A stretch of 64,000 nt of DNA from Candidatus Hydrogenedentota bacterium (GTDB lineage: Bacteria; Hydrogenedentota; Hydrogenedentia; Hydrogenedentales; SLHB01), in assembly GCA_045863335.1 (NCBI GenBank), contig BTVY01000001.1, forward strand, positions 241,629-305,628, given 5' to 3'. This document shows, piece by piece, positions 1 through 8,680 of the stretch. The stretch's first letter is position 1, and each line of letters starts with the position of its first letter. The notes under the pieces are model-generated. The model did no database searches and was not told the origin of the DNA. It saw nothing but the letters and a program-made list of their open reading frames with translations. A program made the position numbers and the translations under genes.

Positions 1-4
1 GGGC

Positions 5-2125
5 ATGAACCTCGTCCTCGCGTCCGCCAAAGGGGATTGGGGAAAACTGGATGCAGGCAATCCCGACTCCGAGTTCAATCGTAACATCGCGCTGCTTGTG
101 AGCGCGGTCAAGAACGGAACTCAAGCCCAACCCGCAACGCAGGACTTGGACGAAGTCACGTTGTTGGACGACGGGTTTGACGCGCTACGACCGGGCAACC
201 TCTTTGCCGTGGTCGGCGCCCACGCCGAATACCACTATGTGCCCGAGACGGAACCCAAAGCCGGTTGGTCGGTTTCGGCGTTCACCTCGTCATCACTGTC
301 GCAGCTGGCATGGAAGGTCGTGCGCGAAGGCGACGATGCGGTGCTTACGCAAACCTACCGCAACAAGGCGAGACACACGCATCCGCTGGTAACCACGGGC
401 GATGCGCTGTGGTCGGACTACACGGCGTCGGTGCGGTTCGCACCAACCGTTGAAGGGCGCTCCGGCGTCGCCTTTCGCATGCACAACGACCGCTGCTATT
501 ACTTTTTCGGAGTCGAAGGGCAGCGCGCCGTCTTGATGCGCGTCAAGCATGCGACGGCATTTCGCCAACCTGCCGAGGAGGTACTGGCCGAGGAACCCTT
601 CACCTGGAAGCCCTTTGAATACCTCGACGCGACCGTTACTGCAAAGGGTCAATCACTTGAATGCACCCTGAACGGCCAAGTGACGTTGACCGCAAATGAC
701 GACACGTTCCAGCGCGGCGGCATTGGTCTCTTGTCGGACGCGCGCGCGCGTTATACCCACGTGAACGTCACGACCAGTACGGCCGCGGCGGATGCGTTTG
801 CGCGAGAGCGGGCGGAAAAGCTTGCGGAGGAGGAGCGCCTGCAAGCAGAGAATCCCAAGCTCTTGCTGTGGAAGCGCGTGGAGACCCGGGACTTCGGCGT
901 AGGACGCAATGTGCGGTTCGGCGACTTGAACGGCGATGGTCAGATCGACGTGCTGATCGGGCAAGTGCGCCATCACGGGCCCAAGGATCGCAACAGCGAG
1001 TTGAGCTGCCTTACCGCGCTTACGTTTGATGGCGACATCCTCTGGCAAATCGGCGAACCGGATCCGTGGAAGGACAATCTCACCAACGATGTGGCCTTTC
1101 AGATCTACGATTTGGATGGCGACGGCGCCAACGAGGTCGTGTATTGCATGAACATGGAGATCGTCGTAGCGGACGGTGCGACGGGCGAGACCAAGTACAA
1201 ACAGCCCACGCCGGCGATGCCCGCTTCGACGCCGGAACCCTATAACAAGTTCCCGCGCATTCTGGGCGACAGCGTTTACTTCTGCGACTTGCGGGGCGTC
1301 GGGCGGCCTACCGACATCATCCTGAAAGACCGCTACCGGAACTTCTGGGCCTTAACCGACAAACTGGAGATTCAGTGGTACGGAGAATGCAACACGGGCC
1401 ACTATCCCTACGCCTTCGACACTGACGGCGACGGCCGGCAGGAACTGGCAATCGGCTACTCGCTCTATTCGCCGGACGGCAACATACTCTGGTCGCTCGA
1501 CGACACGATTGAAGATCACGCCGATGGCGTAGCCATCGTGAACTACGGCGGTCCGGCGCAAGAGCCACGGCTCATGTGCGCGGCGAGCGATGAGGGCATG
1601 TTCTTCGCGACTCTGAAAGGCGAAGTTCTCAAGCACCACTACCTCGGACACGTGCAGAATCCTGCCGTGGCGAACTTCCGCGATGATTTGCCGGGACTCG
1701 AGACGGTGTCTATCAACTTCTGGGGTAACCAAGGCATCATTCACTTCTTCGATGCGGCGGGAGACATCTACCACGACTTCGAGCCGGTCCAGCACGGAAG
1801 TATGTGCCTTCCCATCAATTGGACCGGGAACAGCGAAGAGTTTTTTGTGCTGTCCGCGAATCCTGAGTATGGTGGAATGTACGATGGATATGGGCGGCGG
1901 GTCGTGCGCTTTCCGGCCGACGGACATCCTGACCTTTGCAACGCGGTACTCGACATCACGGGCGACTGTCGGGACGAAATAGTGGTATGGGATCCGCAAG
2001 AAATCTGGGTTTACACGCAGGACGATGGCGTCAAGACCGGCGATCTATACCGGCCAACGCGAAATCCGCTGTACAACTACTCGAACTATCAGGCGACCGT
2101 GTCACTCCCGGGATCTTCCAATTAG
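5..2125 (+). CDS. Rhamnogalacturonan lyase (PL11)-like / FG-GAP beta-propeller protein with a DUF1080-like beta-sandwich; probably 5'-truncated by the window edge
   Basis: Repeated Ca-binding DxDGDG motifs (GDLNGDGQID, DLDGDGANE, DTDGDGRQE, DITGDCRDE) and an HADG motif as in YesW/YesX-type lyases; N-terminal 'WSDYT...GVAFR...GGIGL' is DUF1080-like; the frame is open to the window start. Confidence 0.6.
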   Translation: MNLVLASAKGDWGKLDAGNPDSEFNRNIALLVSAVKNGTQAQPATQDLDEVTLLDDGFDALRPGNLFAVVGAHAEYHYVPETEPKAGWSVSAFTSSSLSQLAWKVVREGDDAVLTQTYRNKARHTHPLVTTGDALWSDYTASVRFAPTVEGRSGVAFRMHNDRCYYFFGVEGQRAVLMRVKHATAFRQPAEEVLAEEPFTWKPFEYLDATVTAKGQSLECTLNGQVTLTANDDTFQRGGIGLLSDARARYTHVNVTTSTAAADAFARERAEKLAEEERLQAENPKLLLWKRVETRDFGVGRNVRFGDLNGDGQIDVLIGQVRHHGPKDRNSELSCLTALTFDGDILWQIGEPDPWKDNLTNDVAFQIYDLDGDGANEVVYCMNMEIVVADGATGETKYKQPTPAMPASTPEPYNKFPRILGDSVYFCDLRGVGRPTDIILKDRYRNFWALTDKLEIQWYGECNTGHYPYAFDTDGDGRQELAIGYSLYSPDGNILWSLDDTIEDHADGVAIVNYGGPAQEPRLMCAASDEGMFFATLKGEVLKHHYLGHVQNPAVANFRDDLPGLETVSINFWGNQGIIHFFDAAGDIYHDFEPVQHGSMCLPINWTGNSEEFFVLSANPEYGGMYDGYGRRVVRFPADGHPDLCNAVLDITGDCRDEIVVWDPQEIWVYTQDDGVKTGDLYRPTRNPLYNYSNYQATVSLPGSSN

Positions 2126-2137
2126 CGAAAGGTTGAC

Positions 2138-2644
2138 ATGGATACCGGTACACCGAAATCCAACCAGGCTATGCGCGCCGCATTGGCGCTTGCGGGCTTC
2201 CTCGCGCTGAGCTACGGCGTGGCGGCGGTGGGCGGCATCGCGACCAGCAGTTCCGTCAACACCTGGTACACGCAGATCGAGAAACCCTCCTGGACGCCTC
2301 CCGGCAGCGTCATCGGCACCGTGTGGAGCGTCCTGTACTTCCTCATGGCGCTCGCCGCGTGGCTCGTGTATCTGCGCGGCGGCGTGCGCGCGAATACGAA
2401 GCCGTTGGGATTGTGGGCCGTGCAACTCGCACTCAACCTCGCCTGGTCGTTTCTGTTCTTCGGCCTTCGAAACCCCGGCGCGGCATTGGTCGAACTGGCG
2501 CTGCTCTGGATCGCTATCGCGGCAACCACCGTCGCTTTCGCTCGCGTCCGAACCTCCGCGATGATCCTGATGCTCCCGTACCTCGCCTGGGTGACCTTCG
2601 CCGGCTTCCTCAATGCCACGGTCTGGCTAATGAATCGCGGCTGA
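2138..2644 (+). CDS. tspO: TspO/MBR family tryptophan-rich sensory protein
   Basis: WY...KPSWTPP...VWSVLY, LNLAWSFLFFG and PYLAWVTFA motifs; 5 TM segments. Confidence 0.9.
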   Translation: MDTGTPKSNQAMRAALALAGFLALSYGVAAVGGIATSSSVNTWYTQIEKPSWTPPGSVIGTVWSVLYFLMALAAWLVYLRGGVRANTKPLGLWAVQLALNLAWSFLFFGLRNPGAALVELALLWIAIAATTVAFARVRTSAMILMLPYLAWVTFAGFLNATVWLMNRG

Positions 2645-2737
2645 GTCGCTGCCCTGAATATCTCCCGGTATTTGCGTGTTACCCCTCAGAGAGTTCGTTC
2701 CCGGCTCAATGATTCTGCGGACAGGAGGTGATTCGCC

Positions 2738-4051
2738 ATGGCGGAACGGCACCGGGTGGTCATTATCGGCGGCGGGTTCGGAGGTCTACATGCCGCACGC
2801 CAGCTTCGGCAAGCCGATGTCGATGTGACCCTCATCGACAAGCGCAACTTCCATCTGTTCCAGCCGCTGCTGTATCAAGTCGCGACGGGCGCCCTCTCCC
2901 CCGCCAACATCGCGGCGCCGCTGCGCGCGGTATTCCGAAATCAACCAAACGTGCGCGTGCTCCTGGCTGAGGTAACCGGATTCGACGTGCAGGAGCGGAA
3001 GGTACATTTTGAGAATGGGCACGTTCCCTACGACACGCTCATTGTCGCGGCCGGATCCGACAACGCGTACTTCGGTCACGACGAATGGCGCAGCCTCGCG
3101 CCGGGGCTGAAGACAGTAGAAGACGCCACGGAAATCCGCCGTCGCATCCTGCTCGCATTCGAGAAAGCAGAACTCGAGACCGACCCAAACGAAGTGAAGG
3201 CCCTCATGACCTTTGTCGTCGCGGGGGGCGGACCCACAGGAGTCGAATTATCCGGAGCGTTGGAGGAGATCGCGAATCATTCGCTGCGGCACAACTTCCG
3301 CACCATCCATCCCAGGGATACCCGCGTGATTCTGGCGGATGCCGCGGACCGTGTCCTGCCTCCTTTTCCCCCGGAGTTGTCCGAGGCGGCCGAACGTTCG
3401 CTGAAACGGCTCGGCGTGCAAGTCGAGAATGGAACGATGGTCGTCGACGTGCAACCCGGCTACGTCCTGCTCAAGCGTAATGGCACAGAAGAGCGCGTTG
3501 CCACGCATACCGTCCTTTGGGCGGCGGGCGTTCACGCCTGTAAGCTGGCCTCCACGCTGGCAGAGGCGACCGGTGCGCAGACCGACCGGCACGGACAGAT
3601 TGTCGTGGAGCCCGACTTGATCATCCCGGGACATCCGGAGATCTTCGTCATCGGCGACATGGCGCATGCAGTAGATTCGAAGTCCGGCAAACCGCTACCG
3701 GGTGTCGCGCAAGTGGCCATTCAAGAAGGTCGCTATGCGGCGAAGACGATTCGGGCGAGACTACAGGGCAAGAGGCTACCGCCGTTCAAATACCGCAACC
3801 TGGGCAACCTGGCGACGATTGGACGCGCCTCTGCCGTCGCCGATTTCGGACGCATCAAGATCTCGGGGTTCACCGCATGGGTCCTGTGGCTATTCGTGCA
3901 CCTCATGCACCTGGTGCAATTCCAGAACCGCGTGCTCGTGTTTTTCCAATGGGCCTGGTGCTACCTCACCTGGAACCGCGCAGCGCGATTGATCACCGGG
4001 CACGATGGGATCGCAAAGGAAGCCGAGGAACCTGTCGCTTCTTCAAAGTAG
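2738..4051 (+). CDS. ndh: Type II NADH dehydrogenase (FAD-dependent oxidoreductase)
   Basis: GGGFGG, FQPLLYQVATG, GGGPTGVELSG, IFVIGD motifs; RBS AGGAGG upstream. Confidence 0.9.
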   Translation: MAERHRVVIIGGGFGGLHAARQLRQADVDVTLIDKRNFHLFQPLLYQVATGALSPANIAAPLRAVFRNQPNVRVLLAEVTGFDVQERKVHFENGHVPYDTLIVAAGSDNAYFGHDEWRSLAPGLKTVEDATEIRRRILLAFEKAELETDPNEVKALMTFVVAGGGPTGVELSGALEEIANHSLRHNFRTIHPRDTRVILADAADRVLPPFPPELSEAAERSLKRLGVQVENGTMVVDVQPGYVLLKRNGTEERVATHTVLWAAGVHACKLASTLAEATGAQTDRHGQIVVEPDLIIPGHPEIFVIGDMAHAVDSKSGKPLPGVAQVAIQEGRYAAKTIRARLQGKRLPPFKYRNLGNLATIGRASAVADFGRIKISGFTAWVLWLFVHLMHLVQFQNRVLVFFQWAWCYLTWNRAARLITGHDGIAKEAEEPVASSK

Positions 4052-4123
4052 ACCCCTGAATCCGATCTAGTGTCCAAGACCCTGGGTTCGTTCATTACGA
4101 TCGTGTGCAAGAGCCGTTTAAAG

Positions 4124-4157
4124 TCCCCCTTTGAAGGGGGATTTAGGGGGATGTTCC
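4124..4157. repeat. Palindromic REP-like element, family A (TCCCCCTTNGAAGGGGG...AGGGGGATGTT)
   Basis: Same motif at 8426-8459 (reverse), 8612-8645 and 54742-54776; lies between convergent ndh and serC. Confidence 0.75.
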
Positions 4158-4176
4158 CTTAGATGACTCCAGTATA

Positions 4177-5268
4177 CTAGCAATTCTTCGCGCGGAACTC
4201 CGTCATGAAGTCCACAAGCGCTTCGACGCCCTCGAGGGTCATGGCGTTGTAAATGGACGCGCGAATGCCGCCCACGGAACGATGTCCCTTCAATCCGTGC
4301 ATGCCCGCCGCCGTGGCTTCTTTCACGAACTGTTGTTCGAGTTCCTCGCTCGGCAGACGCCACGTCACGTTCATCACGGAGCGCGCCTCTTTCACCGCGT
4401 GGCCGCGATAGAATCCGCCGCTGCCGTCGATCATGGTGTAGAGCAGGCGGGCCTTCTTCTTGTTAAGCGAAGCGACTTCTTCCAGCCCGCCGATGTCGTC
4501 CAACAACCACTGGGTCACCAGCTTGATCATGTAGATGGCGAAGCATGGCGGGGTGTTGTACAGCGAGTCGTTGTCCGCGGCGATCTTGTAATCGAGCATG
4601 GACGGCAGGCCTTCTGGCACCCGCGCCAGCAGGTCGTCCCGAATGATGACCAGCGCAACGCCCGAAGGTCCTATGTTCTTCTGCGCGCCGGCGTAGATGA
4701 GGCCGTATTTCTCGATGGGCAGCGGCCGCGAAAGAATGTCCGAAGACGCGTCGCAAACCAGCGGCACGTCGCCGGTCTCAGGCTCCACGAAAAACTCCAC
4801 GCCTTCGATCGTTTCGTTGGAGGTGAAGTGGCAATACGCCGCCTTGGGATCCAGCTTCAGTTCATCCTGCTGCGGAAGCCGGTTGAACCCTTCCTCCTTG
4901 CCGGTCCACGCAACATTGACGGTGCCCGACTTCTTCGCTTCTTTCAGGGCCTTGTTGCCCCACGAACCCGTCAGAATGTAGTCCGCGCTATTGCCTTCCC
5001 CGAGAAAGTTCATGGGAATCATGGAGAACTGAAGCGATGCACCGCCCTGAATGAACAGGACTTTGTAGTTTTCAGGCAGGTTCAGAAGCTTTTGAACGTT
5101 ATCCTTCGCCCCAGCGAGCACTTCCGCGAACTGCTTAGACCGGTGACTGATCTCCATGACGGAAGCGCCGGCCCCGGGATAAACGAGCAGATTCTTCTGG
5201 GCCTCTTCCAACGCCGGCAGCGGCAATGCCGCCGGACCCGCGGAAAAGTTGTATACGCGCTGTGCCAT
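4177..5268 (-). CDS. serC: Phosphoserine aminotransferase
   Basis: YNFSAGPA, SVMEISHRS, GAQKNIGP (PLP lysine), NTPP, GHRSVGGIRASIYNA; start chosen from GGAG RBS. Confidence 0.96.
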   Translation of the reverse strand: MAQRVYNFSAGPAALPLPALEEAQKNLLVYPGAGASVMEISHRSKQFAEVLAGAKDNVQKLLNLPENYKVLFIQGGASLQFSMIPMNFLGEGNSADYILTGSWGNKALKEAKKSGTVNVAWTGKEEGFNRLPQQDELKLDPKAAYCHFTSNETIEGVEFFVEPETGDVPLVCDASSDILSRPLPIEKYGLIYAGAQKNIGPSGVALVIIRDDLLARVPEGLPSMLDYKIAADNDSLYNTPPCFAIYMIKLVTQWLLDDIGGLEEVASLNKKKARLLYTMIDGSGGFYRGHAVKEARSVMNVTWRLPSEELEQQFVKEATAAGMHGLKGHRSVGGIRASIYNAMTLEGVEALVDFMTEFRAKNC

Positions 5269-5435
5269 GGTCAGTACTCCTTCGTGCATACGTTTGTACG
5301 GGGCTATCCGGCGGTCGCCGGGGGTCTCTCCTGAACCATAGATTCTATCTCCGTCGCGGACAACGCGTCAAATTGTGCTGCCGTTCTCGATTAGGCCAAA
5401 GCCGGTGATATCGCGCCTCCGAATATGCGTACCGG

Positions 5436-7031
5436 CTAGGGGGCAGCGGACGCCGGCCTGTCCATCGCCCAGAAGATCGCGTTCGTCAACAGTCTCGTGA
5501 ACTCGGGCCGGTCGAAATCATCGGGATGCCCCAAACCGCTGTAAAACACGCGGGCGCCCTTGTACTCCCGGACCCACGTCAACGGCTCGGTCTGATCGGG
5601 AATCGAACCGGTCATCAGTACCGTCGCGTCCTCGGCGACCGGACTCGTGTAGTACAAGGACCCGGTGCTGTGCCACGGTTCCGGCGAAAGATCCGCAAGC
5701 ACGGGATGGGACTTCACCTCAGGAACGATCCGCACGTCGGTTCCCAACTCGTTCGGCCCATGATTGTGGTAGTTGCCGCCCAGTACCTCCGCGTCAAACT
5801 CCGGCCATTCGGCGCGTCCTTCGGGCACTTTGAAATCCGGCGGATCTTTGTAGTTCATCTTGAAGGCATGGCTGGCGGTGCGTAGTCCGATGACCGGGCC
5901 GCCTCCGTTGACGTAATCCTGCAGCGCAGTCATCTGCGTTTCAGGAAGGGCGAGTCTCCGCACGTATACGATGGCGACGTCCGTGGTCTCGAGTTCCACC
6001 ATACCCGGTATATCCGCTTCGCCCTGGCCGTGCAGGACGGTGCAGTAGAGTCCATGCTTCTCACGAAGCTCTTGTGCAAACCGCGGCAAGGTCTCGTCCG
6101 CGCCGTAATGATCGTCGCTGACGATAAACGTCACGTGTGGCCGCGTATCCTGCGCAAAGCGAAACGCCGGTTGGTCCAACAGGTCGGTGCTCGTGAACGT
6201 CGGGCACCAGTATTGCTCGATATGCTCGATGATGAGTTCCGTGCCGCGCACGTGGCTGACCTTAGGCGGCATCTCGGGGTTGTACAAGGCGTCGGTCATA
6301 TCGCGCATGAGCGCCACGTTCTTCCCGAGGTACACCATCTGCCGGATGCCGAATGGACGCCCGAGGATACACATGTTGGTGTGGACGCCGACGAGAATGA
6401 CGTTCTCGATCCCCTGTTGTTCGAGGTAGTAGTAAACCTCCGCGCCTTCCCCGATCGCGTCCTCGTCCGCAATCTCGATCGCGTCGTGCTGATGGGTCTG
6501 CGGACGCGTCCCTCCCTCCACATGACCTTCCCAACCGCCATCGGAGTCGTCGATAGGCAATGGCGGTTCCCGGTCCGGGTTCAGATGGTTCCATTGCAGC
6601 GGGACTTCGGTGTCCACCTTCGGCGCGTCGAGGCAACGCTTCCGCTGCGGCCAATCGGCGTAATAGTCCGTGCAGCCGCTCGGCGCATGAACGATCGTCA
6701 CCCCGCGCGCGCGCGCCGCCTTTAAGACTTCATTCATGCGAGGCGCCATCTCCGCCACGCGCGCCGCGACCACATCCGCGCGGAGCGTATCCCACATGTC
6801 GCACACGATGATTGCCGTCTTCGCGGGGTCCCAGTGGACGGTCTCGTAGGTGAAGTCGAGCCGGCCCTCGGACGACACCGAGCGGCTCCGCATAACGAGA
6901 TCCAGCGCCGTGGATTCCGCGGCCGCGGCCTCCGCGAAGCATGGGACGTATACGACCGATAAGACCAATAGGACAACAAGCAGCATCGCCCGACACGCAC
7001 GGTCCCCAGCGATCATTGATTTCGTAAACAT
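5436..7031 (-). CDS. Exported isochorismatase-family / ThuA-like (class I GATase fold) fusion protein
   Basis: Signal peptide; TAIIVCDMW and GVHTNMC (cysteine hydrolase) in the N-half; GLRTASHAF and VFYSGLGHP..F (ThuA-like) in the C-half. Confidence 0.75.
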   Translation of the reverse strand: MFTKSMIAGDRACRAMLLVVLLVLSVVYVPCFAEAAAAESTALDLVMRSRSVSSEGRLDFTYETVHWDPAKTAIIVCDMWDTLRADVVAARVAEMAPRMNEVLKAARARGVTIVHAPSGCTDYYADWPQRKRCLDAPKVDTEVPLQWNHLNPDREPPLPIDDSDGGWEGHVEGGTRPQTHQHDAIEIADEDAIGEGAEVYYYLEQQGIENVILVGVHTNMCILGRPFGIRQMVYLGKNVALMRDMTDALYNPEMPPKVSHVRGTELIIEHIEQYWCPTFTSTDLLDQPAFRFAQDTRPHVTFIVSDDHYGADETLPRFAQELREKHGLYCTVLHGQGEADIPGMVELETTDVAIVYVRRLALPETQMTALQDYVNGGGPVIGLRTASHAFKMNYKDPPDFKVPEGRAEWPEFDAEVLGGNYHNHGPNELGTDVRIVPEVKSHPVLADLSPEPWHSTGSLYYTSPVAEDATVLMTGSIPDQTEPLTWVREYKGARVFYSGLGHPDDFDRPEFTRLLTNAIFWAMDRPASAAP

Positions 7032-7034
7032 CTT

Positions 7035-7078
7035 CTCCAGCCTCCGGTCTCCAGCCTCCAGCCTCCAGCCTCCAGCCT
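7035..7078. repeat. Heptamer tandem repeat (CTCCAGC/CTCCGGT)n, family B
   Basis: ctccagcctccggtctccagcctccagcctccagcctccagcc fills the gap between two co-oriented genes; recurs at 53815-53836 and 53886-53914. Confidence 0.85.
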
Positions 7079-8385
7079 CATCCTAGCGTCCACGGCTTCC
7101 GGTACTCGTAGTGAAGCAACTCGTTCGCTTCCGTGCTGTTCGTGATCTGTTCGCGCTCGGCGTCCCACTCCAGGCGCAACTGGGTGGCCAGGGAAATATT
7201 CGCGAGCAGACTGAAGGTCGTAGAACGATGCCCGATCTCCACATCCGCGTTCGGCTTCTCGCGGGACTTCACGCAATCGAGGAAATTGCGCGCATGCATG
7301 GCCGTCAACGCCGCGTTGCTGCCCGGTTCCTCGTCCGTCATAGGCTCCATGCGCGGTTCGGAATCCTGGAACTGGCCACCGCGTTCGGGGACAATCTCGA
7401 AGCTGGGACCCGACGCGTAAACCGTCCCCAAGGTGCCGCGCAATTCCACTTCGCCTTTGCGCATGGCCGGCGCACCGCTGGCTTCATACTGGCCGAAGAT
7501 GGCGAGGCGGCCCGAGGCGAATTGGAAGTTCGCTTCGAGCGTATCGGGGACCGTGCGGTCGTCATCCACCACAAACCGGCCGCCCATGGCACAGATGGAC
7601 GCTGGCGCGAGTTCTCCCGTCATCCACCGGATCGCGTCGAGATAGTGGACGCCCCAGTTCCCCATCTGCGACGAGTACAGTTTCCACCAGCGGAAGTTGT
7701 AGGGGCAGATGTTGTCCTGATAAGGCCGCTCGGGGCGCGGACCCAGCCACATGTCCCAATCGAGATCGGCGGGCGGATCGGAATGCGGCAGCTTGCCGAT
7801 GCCGTCGGGATACATGTTGCTCAATCGATAACAGCGGCCGACAGTCACGTAGCCAATTTTGCCGCTCTGCACGATCTCGGCCAGCCGATGATAAAGCGGC
7901 GACGAGCGGCGGTGCGTGCCAACCTGTACGACGCGGTTGTTGCGCCGCGCGGCTTCGACCATCCGTCGGCCTTCATGAACCGTGATGGATAGCGGCTTCT
8001 CGACGTACACGTCCTTACCCGAATCGCAGGCCATGATCGTCTGGATAGCGTGCCAATGATCGGGCGTGGCGATGACCACCGCATCGAGATCGTTCCGTTC
8101 GATGAGCTTGCGGAAGTCGGTATACGAGTCAACGTCGCGGCCCAGTTGCTCTTTCGTCTTCTCGATGTAGGGCTGGTAGACATCGCAAATGGCCGCGACT
8201 TCCATGTCCGGTTGCTCGCAGAACGCCTCGACCAGTTGTCCGCCCCGATTCCCCACACCGATGAAACCCAGGCGTACCTTCTCGTTTGCGCTCGCATCTT
8301 GCGCACGCGCGGAACGCGTTGCCGCCGCGCCCAAAGCCGCCGCGCCAGTGCCGATGAATGTCCGCCGAGTGATCTCGCTATGCAT
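7078..8385 (-). CDS. Tat-exported Gfo/Idh/MocA family oxidoreductase
   Basis: TRRTFI Tat motif; GVGNRG, ATPDHWH, VYVEKPL, DWDMWLGP. Confidence 0.9.
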   Translation of the reverse strand: MHSEITRRTFIGTGAAALGAAATRSARAQDASANEKVRLGFIGVGNRGGQLVEAFCEQPDMEVAAICDVYQPYIEKTKEQLGRDVDSYTDFRKLIERNDLDAVVIATPDHWHAIQTIMACDSGKDVYVEKPLSITVHEGRRMVEAARRNNRVVQVGTHRRSSPLYHRLAEIVQSGKIGYVTVGRCYRLSNMYPDGIGKLPHSDPPADLDWDMWLGPRPERPYQDNICPYNFRWWKLYSSQMGNWGVHYLDAIRWMTGELAPASICAMGGRFVVDDDRTVPDTLEANFQFASGRLAIFGQYEASGAPAMRKGEVELRGTLGTVYASGPSFEIVPERGGQFQDSEPRMEPMTDEEPGSNAALTAMHARNFLDCVKSREKPNADVEIGHRSTTFSLLANISLATQLRLEWDAEREQITNSTEANELLHYEYRKPWTLG

Positions 8386-8425
8386 CGTAAGCTCCCTTTC
8401 TCAAAAACCAACAGCCTCACACAAA

Positions 8426-8645
8426 GAACATCCCCCTTGATCCCCCTTCGAAGGGGGAGTCGCGTTACGTCGCGATCTTGGCATGTGCCGATCGATTGCC
8501 TGACACGTCGTCGTGGATATACCGCGCAACGCTTCGCGTTGCGCAGGCAAAGCGAGGGGTCTCGCGTTGGGAACGGCACAGGAACTGCGGCTCAATAGTG
8601 ATGCTGGGCAATTCCCCCTTTGAAGGGGGATCAAGGGGGATGTTT
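8426..8645. repeat. REPIN/MITE-like unit: two inverted family-A palindromes enclosing ~150 bp
   Basis: GAACATCCCCCTTGATCCCCCTTCGAAGGGGGAG at 8426-8459 and TTCCCCCTTTGAAGGGGGATCAAGGGGGATGTTT at 8612-8645 are near-perfect reverse complements. Confidence 0.75.
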
Positions 8646-8680
8646 CTTCGACCATGTCCACCCCTTTTCGTTGACGCAAA

